Shown: positions 1 through 13,020 of the stretch, in pieces
Layout: each line of letters begins with the position of its first letter
Position numbering within the stretch: position 1 is the stretch's first letter
Assembly: GCF_018977255.1 (NCBI RefSeq)
Contig: NW_024704743.1
Coordinates: 35,714,001-35,778,000, forward strand
Reading direction: 5' to 3'
DNA: 64,000 bases
DNA from: Callorhinchus milii
Taxonomy: Eukaryota
Translations under genes and position numbers: made by a program
The notes under the pieces: generated by a model
What the model was told of the DNA's origin: nothing
What the model saw: the letters and a program-made list of their open reading frames with translations, nothing else
Database searches by the model: none

Positions 1-290
1 CTCAGGTTTGTATGGCCAAGGTTAGCCAAGCGTGATCAGCAGGATCGTTTTTAGAAAGAGAAAAGAACATTGAAATAGATCGCAAACTGATTGAAATGAA
101 TTAACAGGGCTCTTGTTTTTCATTGCAAGACACCCATAGGTCATATGTTTCTCACAAACAGAACTCGGCAATGGGCTCAGAAAATAAATCGAGACTTGAC
201 AGGCCAGTGCCACATCAGCTCAGCTGTGCACAAGCACAAGTTATGAATAAATTCTGCCACGGATAGCGAAACACCCTGGGAGAATCTGTT

Positions 291-357
291 TTCAAAAGAA
301 TAAGACTTGAGAATAAGAATATTCAATAAGAATAAGAATATTCAAAAGAATAAGACA
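291..357 (+). repeat. short degenerate tandem repeat, ~19-20 bp unit (aagaataagaatattcaa), ~3 copies
   Basis: ttcaaaagaataagac-ttgagaataagaatattcaataagaataagaatattcaaaagaataagac read directly. Confidence 0.75.
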
Positions 358-2639
358 AAAGTATTGAGGTTAGAAACAGCAGTCCCGACACTGAATTGAT
401 TTGTGCACCCCTACTTGGAAAATGGGATCATAAAAATTGCTATAGAGGCAGAGAGGCCATGTGTTTTTTTCTAATATTTATAACCAGATTGACAAACAGA
501 GTGTTCTTCTTTCCTGTGTGCAGGAATTCTTAAAATGCAGCAGGTTGTGAGTACTGTAGGCAGCATGGGTTCCTGATCAGTACTATATAAAAGTTAGCAA
601 TGTCTTCTCTGGGGTCTTTGTGCTTTAGTACCACGAACTGTGAAATGATAGCAGCAGAGCAATGGAGAAGTAGGCCAGTGCGCTCCAGCACCTCGGCTGA
701 CAGTGAAAAGCAGAAGTTGTCAACAGTGCAGGTGTTTTTATCGTACACTTTTTTTCTTCTACCCCCACTCCCCAGACCCCCATCCCCCCTTCACCTCACC
801 ACCACCCACTTTTAACAAAGTGAGCAACTGTATAAAATACAAGATGCAGCATTGTTACAGATCACTATGCGAAAGACAGATAAGACTAAGCAAGCAAACA
901 GGTTAGGCCAGGGCAGCACATGAGGCCAGGCCGGCTGTATTCCTGAAGGGTTTGAATTTCTTTCACTACTGAATTTGCTTTCTTTGTGGAGGGTGGGGCC
1001 TGTCCTTTTAGCAACTTGCGTTTGATTTTTGCTTCCCTCCTTCAGTTTTAATGATCTTAATTCTGAAGCTGACAATGTACACCTCACCACAAAACACCTC
1101 CCTCCTCCCCGACCCCCACCATGGTGATTTCTGTGTTGAAGCACCCGCCTTCTTGTCGACACTTGCCTGTGCCTGTCCAGGAGTATAATTCAGCCCAGCA
1201 ACATTCTTTATTGTACAGTACATTTAATGCCCTCTATGGGGCTTTGAACAGAAATGAATGGAAAAACATGAACAGCGAAAAAAAAACCTGCAGCAGCACT
1301 GAAGAGCACAGAGTACAGCTGTACTGCGCTTTTACACGTATTTGAATCGCTAAACCACTTTTTGGTATTTTTGTAGTTGACTTTGTCATACTTCACAGAA
1401 CGAGTTGAAAGTGAGTCAGCCTTGAATTTCTGTTGCTGCTCTTCCTCTTCAGCTGCTAGACATAACCGTGTATTTTTAGGCCATTCAAATGAGGATTTTG
1501 TTTGGTGAAATATTGGAAGGGGAACCTCAGCTAGCCAGGGGTAAACGCACCTTTACGGGCTGGTACTGAGCTGTGTGAATTAGGAAGGGCCCACCTTGAT
1601 CCCCAGGAGTTAGAGCTAGTCTCAGCCAGGGATAGAGAGGGGGGAATGAACTGTGGTTGCCACTCTTTTCAGATGAATAGTCTCAGTTTGGCACAGCGCC
1701 TTTCATGTCAGGAGGACATTGTAAAGCGCTTCACAGGATTTACTATAAAATCTAGTGACTGTGCATTTTTGTAAGCGAACACATACAAAAATGTGCAGTT
1801 TGTTTGTTGGGTGAGAACATGGTTCCAGCTCAGCCTAGATTTGCCCCCCCCCCCTCCCCCCAGGGCATCCATCATCTATCTAGCTCACTGCTGAGGTTCA
1901 CACATAAAGAATGATCACTTGGGTGAGACAGTGGAGGGCCACTAGCTCTTTCAGGATTTAAACAGCAAGGGAGAAAAATGAAAGGCTGGAAGTTTGAATG
2001 ACAGATAAGTAAAGGTGTGTTGCCAGGTGAACGTACTCTGCAAGATTTTGAAAAAGCTCTTGTTGTTAGGTTGTGTGGGCACTTGATCCTTTTGGCAGAG
2101 TTTCAAAATGACTGTTTCAAACTAAAACCTGCAAGAGTTTCTTGGTGGCAAAGTGGTGCATTGCTCACCATTCAACTTTTATAAGTGTTCTGAGACGCTA
2201 CCCTGCGTGGAGGGCGCTATATAAGTGCAAGTTGTTGTGGTGGTGGTTGGATGCTTGGAGCGTCCTTTGCACTTTGCCTTGGATGCCACGTCGTTTTGTA
2301 TTACTCCGTTTTGTAGCCATACAAAGGCTAGGCTGCTACCAGAAAGGTTTTTTCCCCCAAATTTTCTCTTCTCTCCTGAAGTCTCCTGGAAATAGCAAGC
2401 AAAGCTTCATTCAGGTTGGATGGGGAGATGATTTTAGTTGTCATTGATCTCACTTCTACTTTTTTCTCTCTCTCTCTCCCCCCTTCCACCCCCGCTCACG
2501 CTGCCCGTCAGCCAGCCCATTTTCATTGTAGGGGACAGGGTTAAAATCAAACCCAATTACTCAATATTCATCCATGCAGGCATTCCTAGATGATGGGGCA
2601 GAGGGGTCATTGGACAGTAATTGAGATGACCTTGTTTCG

Positions 2640-2875
2640 ACCAAGTAGTTAGTTATAAGAGGGAGTTTCTTTTGGTGTCCTAGCTAATGATCCGCCAAGT
2701 AAAATTGGTCATTCACTTCATGGCTGTTTGTGGGACATTCCTGTGTGCATATGGGTTGGCATGTTCACCTACAAATGCACTCACTCCACTTCACAGTATA
2801 TCCTGTAAAGCACTTTGGGACATCCTCCTGACGTGAAAGGCCTGTATCAAATTTAAGGATTATCATTATTATTGT
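2640..2875 (+). mobile_element. 5'-truncated SINE (DeuSINE-like body plus L2-type tail)
   Basis: ggtgtcctagc...aaaattggtcattcacttcatggctgtttgtgggacatt...gtgaaaggcctgtatcaaatttaaggattatcattatt matches the copies at 51728-52225 and 63100-63470. Confidence 0.7.
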
Positions 2876-5640
2876 AACTGTTCAACAGTGAGTTCCAAAC
2901 TCTCCTCTCATACCAGTTTCACATCCTTCATCCCCTCTTCTCCTGCCCCCCCCCCCCCCCCACATCTCACCATTCAGTGCAGACGGATTCATTTCTCCTT
3001 CTTACCCTCCCCAACCTGGTTTAGGGGTACAGAGGCCAAAGCAACACCTACCACTTCCCAGATTTATATAATCTAATTTAGCACAAATGCCACTAAATTC
3101 TGGTTTTGCAAACACCTGCACATTACATTTCCTCACTGGGAACCAGAGGAGCTGTGCTCATTTGATTTTGAAGATGGTGGGAAGGGGGACAGGGTAGGAG
3201 GAAAGATGCTTGCGAGTTCCAGCACATCAGGGTGATTGAAAAGATCATAAAGATTAGTAGGCAGGAATCTATTACACTACAACGTTCAGATGCATGATAT
3301 TTAGTCCTGACCCACATATGCAACTTCAGCAAGGCACTGTTGAGCAGATTGCTGAAAGGAACATTTCATAATAACTGGGTTCTGCATCCGGGAGGAGTAT
3401 GAAGAGAAGATGCAACAACTTGCATTTATGTAGCGTCTTTCACTTAAAACGAGGCATTTAACAATTTAATGACATCAAGTAGGGAAATAGGAGAAGTAGG
3501 GAAGTAAAGATGTTATTCATTTGTACACTTGTTACACTGGCCATTTGTGTTTCAGGAGGGTTTTTGAAGTCAGAGAGAAAGAGCGAGGTAACAAAACAAA
3601 GAGATTTTGGAAGTGTTTCAGAGGACAGGGTGGATCAAGAGCAACGATTCCGCATGGATAAAGCACACCTCCTGTTCACCGCCTCCAAGCTTCATGTCAC
3701 ATGCTCCCTGAGAAGAATATCTTGATGCCAACAAAATTACGATGTGGAAAGAAATGTACATCATTTTCATATGCTGTACGTAAAAAATTCCAGGCAGACA
3801 GGAGATGGGTTTAGATGGCTCTTTTCCATTTCTGAAGACGCACAAAGCGAAAGTATGCAACTATTTCTCAGTAATCATTCCCAGGGATAGAGATTTTAAT
3901 TGGTCAGAAGTTCAGGAACCTACTAATTTCGGGTCAGGACAAGCAGAAAATGAATCCTCTGGAGCCTGAGGGAGCAGCAGATGCAGAGGTTCAGGATTGA
4001 GGGGTGGGAGGTTTCTAACAAAATCTGCTCACTGGTTTGCTGCCTGGGATGCACGTGTGTTCATGAGCACATTTGTAAACTGGCTCCGATTGACAACTCT
4101 TCAAAGTGATGTCAAATAAGTTTTTTTTTAAAAAGTAAGGCAAGGAAAGCAAACTAGAGAAAGACTGGATGGGTGCAAAATGTGAAATGAACTGGTTTCA
4201 GTAACGTTCAGATAAATTCTGTCCTCTTGATTCAAGGTCCCTAGAGCCAGTGAGGGCAACAGCAGTTTGTACTGATTGAGAAGATTAAATATTGAAGCTG
4301 CTCTGATGGCCAAGTAAGTTAAGTTACCTCCTTTGGTTAGTTAGTGAGAGCAAAATTAGTCAATGTGTCACAAAAGAATTGAGCAACCAGTGGAGAATTA
4401 ACCCTGTACCCAAAGCAAGGACAGTGAGAGATTTTTTCTCTCCTCTCTCCACCATCTGAACAGAGTGGGGGTGTGCATGGGGGATGCAAAGGAGAATGAA
4501 TTGTGAAGTGGTGAAGGAACAAAACGATCCAGTGGTATTCCCCTAAAATCTACAGCACATCTGAGCCCTGAAATTGAGCTTGAGTCTTCTAAAGTCGGTC
4601 AAAATTGGTTTGGGTAAACTGTACTTCAAAGCAAATGGCAGAGTAGAAAAATATAATTGGAAAGCTTTCCTTAATTACAGCTCAACCTGCATCCTGTGAA
4701 GTCCACAATGTTCTTTATTTTGGAAAGTATTGTTTTGAACGAGCTGCTTATTTGAATGTGCTTGCATGGTGTAATGTATGTGTTTGTATTTGCATTAAGG
4801 GGTAGTGGTGGGGAGAAGGGACGAGTCCTATCTTTGGTTGCATTTCCTGGTACACAGTTTGCAATTAGTCGTAATCAAAACATCCAATGATGATTTAGCC
4901 CAGAATTCTGATCATAAGGTTGCCGTTGTCCTATGGATTCTCTTGTACCACCTCCTTGTGTTCATTTTGTGGTATCTTAGAACCATCAGTGTGGATCCCA
5001 TTGATTTTTAAATTGTGGTCCTTCATTTAGTGGTGACAAACACTTTACATTTGCAACAGCAATATCTTCCCTTTAATGGGACGTGCTTTCTATTCACCCT
5101 TGGTGCTGGGCAATGAAGTATATGGCAATTCTAGTGACAATGTACCGTTATTGCATGCTTAGGTTAAATGGCAGAAAGGTTGTCCTGAAGGTACGGGAAT
5201 CTTTGTCCTCATTGCATTAAAAGAACATTGTGAAAGGTCAAGGGAAAATATCTCCTGTTATTCCACTACCCCCTTTCCCCCCACTCTGCCTCAGGAGTGT
5301 TTAACTTTATTTTGGCCAACTCACATCAGTGAACAAGGCACATTTCCTCTTGATTGGGAGGGCAGTTGAGGTGCGGGGAGAATATAAAAGTTGTAAAAGT
5401 GGAGCTTGGCTCCCTTGATGGTTTTAGTGGGTAAATAATGACAAATACAGTAATCTTTGCATCCTTCATAAGGACTGGAGGGTCAATGTTTTGTCCCTGG
5501 TCTGTTGTGTTAACTTATCTCACCTGGGGCTTCAGTGGGAGCAGGAGGCTATGGATATCCAAACCAACATTATGAATTGTCCAAAATGCTTTTAAAAGAG
5601 GAAAAAAAGTAACTCGTCTTTGAACATGCGAAACATAACT

Positions 5641-5790
5641 TATAAAAGCTCAAAACGCACTGCAACGATCTCCGAGATAAGCTTCTCTTCCTCCAAGTTG
5701 GCTGCTCAGTCGGGCCTCATTGGTGCTAATTATTGTGGTTTGCTTGACAGTTAATTGGTACATCTTTGCCACAGTTTAAGCTGATAAGCC
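5641..5790 (+). promoter_or_regulatory. candidate RREB1 promoter / first-exon region
   Basis: TATAAAAG at 5641-5648, followed by GATA (agataa, tgataa), ATTGG and TGTGGTT motifs in repeat-free sequence upstream of a donor-terminated ATG; motif evidence only. Confidence 0.35.
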
Positions 5791-5962
5791 TCCTTCTGTC
5801 TGGTTTTTCAAGCCTCTTTGCGGAGATGCGACTAATGCTATCCTCGGACACGCAGAAGGGACATTTACCTTCTGCTGACTAATGTCACTGAATTGAGCGG
5901 CTGAGAGAGAGAAATGTAGCAGTGTTTATAGATGAGGTTTCTATTAAATCGAAAGAACTAAT

Positions 5963-5972
5963 ATGCTTCCAG
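5963..5972 (+). CDS. RREB1: candidate first coding segment of RREB1 (M-L-P plus 1 nt, phase-1 donor)
   Basis: ctaatATGCTTCCAG|gtaata: A at -3, in-frame TAA upstream at 5945-5947, good donor; phase 1 matches the phase-1 acceptor at 32943. Confidence 0.5.
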
Positions 5973-8900
5973 GTAATAAAAAAAACTCTGAGGACCACAT
6001 GACTTAATCAACTAACCACACAGACACACACACACACACACATCTTTCAAAAATATTTTTAGATATCAGACAGGCTTAACATCTTTCATTTTTTAAAAAA
6101 AATTAGTCACTGAACCACCTCCCTATTTTGTGTTTTTTAAAAAATATAAAATAAGCCTTTAATTACTTTTAATATATTGTGCTAGCAAAGTAACATTACC
6201 TCAAAAATGTTTTCCTGATTGCTGTGATTTGTTAGAATATTCTATTAAAGTTGCGCAGAGGCATTCATCACTCTTCCTGTACATTTGTCTTTAACGTGAT
6301 TGCTTAATTTCACTGCATTATTTAGTACTGGGGATCACAGGTTTAACTTCCCCTCTCTCCCTCTGGCTCGGGGTCAGACTCCTCCACTGTGAAGCTCCCG
6401 GGACTCTGCCCCGCCTGTAGGGCACCGAGTAAATGCAAGTTGTTGTTGCTGTCTGTGGGAACCGTGGTCTGTTTGGCACAGTGCGTGCTACATGGATCAT
6501 TTAGCTATCGAGTCTTCAACAGAAACTTGGCATAATTTTATGGAGGACAAAAAAGGTTCACTCCGTTATAGATTGACGAGGCACCTCTCTCCTACTCCCT
6601 TTGAAGTATTTAATTGATACATTGGAGGTTGGGATAGTTCTACTCATTTTTACACTCATATAAAGTGCGATGTGTGAATTGACCTTTTTGCCTCTCTAGC
6701 CCAGGAGCACCAAGGCCAACTGTGACACTGCTCTTGTTGTCTCACCTAAGATCAGCCAGCTCAGTCCAGACTGCAGACGACACAGTCTATTTTTAAAATA
6801 AAAAGTCTCGGGATGTAAAACTGGGTTTGTACTTCATAGCTTTTTAGATCTTCAGAGCTTCTGTGTGGAAATAAGTGTCTGGGAAGTAATGGTCTCCAAT
6901 AGATTGGTCAATCATTCTGTAAGTCAGTCTATTCTAATGATATTGTGTGGCACCTGGCTCAGCAGTAGCACTCTCGTCTCTTGAGTCAGAAGAGTCAACA
7001 TGAGCAGTCATCCTTGGGTCTCAGTGTCAATGGCGAGCTTCATTGGAGTATTTGTCTCTTAATTGTGTTGGATGTGAAAAAAAATGAACATTAGGATACT
7101 TCATATAAAAATGGTGAGATAATGGAAGGGATTGCTTCAGAAGGCCATTACACAAAGTCAACCAAGGTGTTCCAAGAGGGATATTGATACTTAATAAGGA
7201 ATGTTTGAGGAGATAGTAATGGATACAATACAAAATCACATTTGTGAAACACCTTGAGGAAAAGTGGGGAAATGCAATTTAAAGAATTGCCAATGCTGTA
7301 CATCAGCAGGCTCCACTGATCGCTCGAATGGCCCACTCCTTCCTGTTGCTGTGTTGATGCTAATGTCAATTACTCTGTGATTTCACAGTGCTTTTCTTGA
7401 AAATAGAAACAGTTTTACTTTGAGAATGCCTAGCAAAGCGTGCAGTGTTACCTTCACCCTGGGAAAATATGAGCATTGTCTTTTTATTGGCTAGAAACAT
7501 AATTTTTCTTTTGGCCTGAAAATATAACATACGTGTGAATGTGACCTCGTCCATGCTTTTATCTGAGGACCTGAAGAGCGGATGAGAATTAAACATAACA
7601 TCAAATAGAGTCAAGCACACCCACCCATCTTATAACATTGTGGCCTTATTCCTGTATATGTTATCGCACTTCAAAGAAAATCATTCCTCGAAGTGCTTCA
7701 AAACGTTTCAGCACAATGTGCTATATCAAACCCAACTGCTCCTCTCTTCCTTCCTGAGTTTAGGTACTAGCGGGTGCTTGCTTTTGTCCGAGGGGGTTAA
7801 CTAGCTCCGCGATGTTCATCATGCCATTCAGGAGCAGCCGTGGCCCTGGATTAGGGTTTTGTACTAATTCCGCTTTCTGGGTTACATCATGTTTGTCGTG
7901 TAACAAACTGGATTGAATGTGAAGTCATCGTTGCCTATTAATTGCTCTGTGCTTTCATTATGCCAAGTCATTGCTACCATCCAGTTACATCTGGTGGCCA
8001 GGTATTTGTCTTAAGACTTTGAACATCTGTCAAGCAACGAGGTTAACTGACCCGCTGTAATATCAGCAACTCCCTCCCGCAACAACAGTCCATTCATTCC
8101 TGGGATTGCCATATGTTGGAAGAAATGTCTTCAGTTTTCTCTCTTGACAATTTTCTTCGCTGCTGACCTCTCAAGGCACTTGACTTATTTTTTCTACTAT
8201 TTAGATAGAGTTCCACGAAGCCCAGATGCCCTTCAGTGCCTCGACCAGTCCAATGTTTGTCTATGAGCCTGGATTGAGTGTTGGCAGGCAATTTGGCAGG
8301 GGGGAGTTGTGCAAATTTATCATGAAATTGGTTCATCCTTTACATTGTGAGCAGATCTGTGGTTTTGACACATTCTGTATTAACTCTTGAGATGTGTTCT
8401 TACAAAAAGCACCAACTTTGCCTTTTATTCTCTTTGTTTGAATACTGTACAGAAAAACTCATGGTCATAGTCATATAATTACGTAAGTCATACATTCACC
8501 AGAGTCCCTTTCAATTTTCTATCAAAACAATTTAGATTTCTTTGCACTGCTCATATTAATCACCTCCTATCACCTCCAAAGCCTGAATCCGTTGACTCCA
8601 GTTTCTACTTGTGCTGGGTCCAAGTGTGCCCGACACTGTCCCAAATGGTCATTATTCACAAGCAGAATTCGAGAGTATGTCTCAGGAGTAGGGATTCTTC
8701 CCTCAGTGGGGCAGGGATTCCTCCCTCTCAAAGCCTTAATGTAAGGTAGTCCTAGCTGAACAAGCAGTTGGAAGCTTGTTGGACAGTCCTCTTAATGGCA
8801 AGCTATGCTGGTTAAATTCTAGCAATATTCATTTGGTTTGGATAGTCTTAAGCGTGGTAATAGGTTTCTACGTGTGTCAGACATCCGGCTCACCAAAAAC

Positions 8901-9701
8901 AAGCCTCTCAGTTGACAGTTTAGTGATGCAGCCATCTCAGTCAGGACTGATCGTTCAAATTCCTGTAGCTACACCAGGCACTGCTGTATAGCGAGGATGA
9001 ACCAAGAACCCTCGCTGATGTTCCCTCTCTAATCTGGGAGATCAGTCAAATTGTTTCTGGCAGGAAGCTGGGTAACTCAGTACAGCCTTGAAATTGCAAT
9101 TTTTCTAGTCTGTATGGCTCAGGTATTGACTCGCTTACTGAAAAATGTCACTGGGCCTTCAGGGAAAGTTCATTCCTATGTTTATTACAGTTTACTTTCT
9201 ATGCCTCTTGTTGGGGTCGTTGACTGGCATTGTGCTTGACAGGGGCTCCAACCCGACAGAGGTCGAGGGTCAGTCTGGGAAACTGCTTGACCTTCTTGTT
9301 TGCAAACTGCTGGTTCAGAGAAAAAAAATCACTGGTCGGTCAGAGTTAGGAATGAATGAAATGTGGAAGAAAAAGTTGCTTCCTTCATTTTGAAGTCGTT
9401 TATGAAATAAATCTATTCTTAAAGGGCCAGTGCTTATTTTTGATTGGTAGTGGTGGGCCCTGCCTGTGATCTCGTGCACCACATCCATTCATCCTGGATT
9501 AGCAGAAAACACAAATATTACCTTTAATCTGAGGTGATGCCTTTAGTTGACAATAAAATTTACATCTATATGGACCTTCACATCAGAAGGATGTCTGAAA
9601 CCACTTAACCATCCCGGCTGGGCACCTATGAGCTGTGGGTGTGAGCTGAAGGCTTTGGGGAGGGGAAAGATGACTGAAAGCACCATCAAACAGGTGCATC
9701 T

Positions 9702-10013
9702 TAATAATAATCCTTGCATTTGATATAGCGCTTTTCACGTCAGGAGGACATCCCAAAGCGCTTCACAGAACACGCTGTAAAGTGAATTGACTATATTTGT
9801 GGGCGAACGCGGCAGCCAATTGCGCACAGCAATGTCCCACAAACAGTCGTAGATTGAAAATGACCAATTTATTATTGTTTTTTTTTGGAGGGATTATTAT
9901 TAGGCTCTGTGTGGAGTAAGGAAACTTGCCCAAGGTTTCGCCCTCTGCCTGGAATTGAACTCAGGTCTCTCACTTGCAAAGCGAGTGCTCTAACCACTGA
10001 GCTACAGGACTCC
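9702..10013 (-). mobile_element. full-length tRNA-Ala(TGC)-derived SINE with L2-type 3' tail
   Basis: Minus strand begins GGAGTCCTGTAGCTCAGTGGTTAGAGCACTCGCTTTGCAAGTGAGAGACCTGAGTTCAATTCC (A box, CTCGC/GTGAG anticodon stem with TGC loop, B box) and ends in a hairpin plus (ATT)n tail; near-identical truncated copy at 59491-59697. Confidence 0.9.
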
Positions 10014-12329
10014 ACGAACAAGGGGAGGGAGGGATTTGGAGGAACTCCGCCTGTAGTGCGATGAATGAGCTCCAAGTCGTCTGACCTAAGAAATACACAT
10101 TAGCTACAAATGTGTACAGTTTATTTTTTCTCCCTGTCTCCTCTCCTGAAGACACTGACTCCTCTTTTTTTCCCCCTCTACTAGGATGTGGTTCCTGGTC
10201 AGGGGTCACTAGGCCATACAGAACAGAAGACTACAGACTGTGTTGAGCAGTAGTCAGGCACTCCTTTTGGTCACAGAGGGGAAGATGGGCCAGGGTATCC
10301 AGAGATCCCCCTCCACTGGAAGGTGTGAGGTTTTAGCTTTCAGATGAGGACAGGAAAGGACTCTCTTTTGTGTGTATGTCTGTGTGGGTGTATATGCGCA
10401 TGTGGGGGCTTGCACGCATGTGAAGTATGTCATGCTGACCTGCAGAAACTCTCCTCGGAAGCAGATCATGTATGTCAGCACATACTTTCTGGGGTTGGTT
10501 GTATGCACATTCAGTTACTGCCGAGATTCATTATTAGCGACTCTTGTTGTGAATCATTGGATATTACATTCTTTGTAATGTCTGTATTTTGGGATAGGGA
10601 AGAACGTTTTTATTACGTTTTTATTAAGCAGATATTTGCTGAATAACTTCTAAGTACTTCCTGAAACATCTTTATATTTACTGAGTGCTTGTCCCCCTGC
10701 CTCATCCCCCTGAGGCCAAATGGAGAGGCCAACCTGTATCAGTGCCACGGATAGTGATACGCTGAAGGGAGGAGAGGGGAAGACAAAATACATGTTTCCA
10801 ATCGTTTGATTAAATTTTGACATGTATTTAATGTTGACAGCTGACCCTTATTTCATTTTTTTCCCCCCTGGATTCACAGACCTTCCACTGTGCCTCTGTG
10901 TTGTGCTGTGAAATAGTCTGTTGATACAAGGCCCTTGTCTGTGGTACAGCTGGGTGGTGTTGGCTGCCACAGGCAAGATATGAGCTGGTCCTGGCGCAGC
11001 ATGGGGATAGGGTTTCACAGCACACTATCCTTGCCAGAGTGTAGCCTTGCTCCAAGACAGCAGCGTCACAGCTATATCTGCTCCTCCCTCTCTCCCTCCC
11101 TCCCTCCTACTTCTGCAGCTAAACCTGCATTCATTCCCTCTCTCGCTTGCTCGCCACATGGGTGTTGGAGTTCCGGGTGGGGGGCGGGGGGGACGGACGT
11201 TTGCTTCTTCTATGGATACCCTTAAATTGTGTGTTTTGACATGATTTATGAACGGAGATTGGGGTTAGCTAACGAGTATATTTTGTACTCCTTTTGGAAA
11301 AGATGACAGCTGTCAGTGACCATTTAGTGGAGTTACAAGGAGAAGTGTGTGGGGTGGGGGGGGGGTGAGTGGGTGGAAGGGGGAGCCAAACATTGCTTCT
11401 TGTAGCACCAAGCCGTACACACTTGAGTCAGAGGCTGTAAAATAATCCACCTCGTCTTAAAACGGACAGCTGAGCTTGAGGTCACGGTTTAGCAGCTTTC
11501 ACAAATGTTTGTGACAGCTTGGATATTGTTAATGGTGAGTGCAGAGGAGGACAGAGACTACACTGAACCCCCTGTGCTTCTCCTTCGGTAGCCCGCTGGG
11601 TGCTGGCAGCACTCGGGGGTCCTACTTTTTAAGCTACATTTCAGCTTTGCCTTGTGGTTGACAGGCTTTGGCTAATGAATATGACTAGTTGACTGATCAG
11701 CTTCCAAAGTCAGATCATCCTGGGCTGAATTGCTCTACTAAAACCGTTGCACTGCACTTAGCAAACCTTGAGTTTCAAAACAATTTCTCCCAACACGAGC
11801 TGTTGTGCAAAAGCGAATAAGGTCACTGATAGAGGGTTTATTTAAGATATTTACCCCCATTGAAGCTTGCCCATGGTGCCCAGAATCCCAAATGGTCCTA
11901 GTTCTGTTGTCGTACAAGTGGAATCTGTACTTTATGCAGGGCGTACTGAAAGCAATTACATTATTAAGGGTTTCCTTTTTGCAACTTTTTTTTCCTCAGA
12001 GGGATAATGTGCTCTGTTGCATGGTGCATGATCTTGCTTGAGGTTACACCAAAACTGGTTGTCAGTGAAGTAGTCCTGTTAGCTGAGGGTTTGTGCCCTG
12101 ATAAATTTAAAACATTTGGCTATGTACAGTTACTGTGGGAGTCTTGCATTTTTGTTTTTCACTTGGAATTAGAAAGAGTATAACTAGGAAAATGTATTGC
12201 TCTGAGTTTGGTTCGTTCTACTGATTTTTTTTTCTCTTCTTCTTAAAGGTGTTTCCCCTCTTCATCCTAACCCCAATCTCCTGCCCCCGGCTCCCTTATT
12301 AGGTTATGCCATAGGTCACACAAGTGCCA

Positions 12330-12625
12330 ATTGTTACATGTGAGCCCTGGCTGTCAAGATCAGTAGGCACCACTGCCAAGCCCCTCCCTGACCTCTTCAC
12401 ACATAACACATCTTCCACAAGGGTTCTATGGATAGCAACCAGGAACCGAGGCTGGTCTTTCCCTCCCTGACCCAAGACGCTGAGGCCTATTGTAAGACTT
12501 CCATCTGCTGCCCCGGCTGAGATAAGCTAACTAAGTACAGACTTGGACTGAAACCTGCAGCCATCTGGTCTGTATGGTTTAGTGCTGCTGTATTGGTCAG
12601 GGCTTATACTACTAAGCCATCGGAG
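12330..12625 (-). mobile_element. old SINE-like element of an unassigned family (core tgtgctgagttagctgatctcagcc)
   Basis: The same degenerate core recurs at ~1560-1640(+), 5400-5540(+), 6700-6775(-), 21440-21690(-), 30420-30640(-), 41930-42140(+), 53540-53710(-), 61190-61300(-). Confidence 0.6.
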
Positions 12626-12864
12626 GAAAGGCCTTTTCCTGACTTTCATTTGCCTTTTTCCTTTGCATTCTGAGTCAAAGTACTTAATAAAGGAGGTAGC
12701 AAGAGAGGATGAGGTGACCAATGATGAATAAGAAGAAGGAAGAGACCGAAAAAGACTGACTTTGTCTCGAAGGGAGAAATTGATTGAGTATTCGTTTTCT
12801 TGAGTGAGTTCTTTTACCTTCAGCACATTAGTTATGGCTTTGCCTAAATTGTGCAATGAATTAA

Positions 12865-13020
12865 TAATGCTTGCGTTTGACGTAGCGCCTTATCACGTCG
12901 TTGAGACGTCTCAAAGCGCTTCACAGAATATACTGTGCTGAAGAGTGAATTGATTGTATATTTTGCGGGTGACATTTGGCCACCAATTGTGGACAGCAGT
13001 ATCCCACAAACAGTTGTGGA
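12865..13020 (-). mobile_element. SINE 3' fragment (L2-type tail)
   Basis: taataatgcttgcgtttgacgtagcgccttatcacgtcgttgagacgtctcaaagcgcttcacagaa aligns to the 9702-9850 tail. Confidence 0.8.

Noticed and set aside
4306..4319. ATGGCCAA|gtaagt donor-like site
   Set aside because: Phase 2 relative to its ATG, so not in frame with downstream exons; no clear acceptor or promoter
9940..10013. tRNA-Ala(TGC)-like sequence on the minus strand
   Set aside because: The acceptor stem does not pair and the sequence runs directly into a SINE body and tail; it is a SINE head, not a tRNA gene
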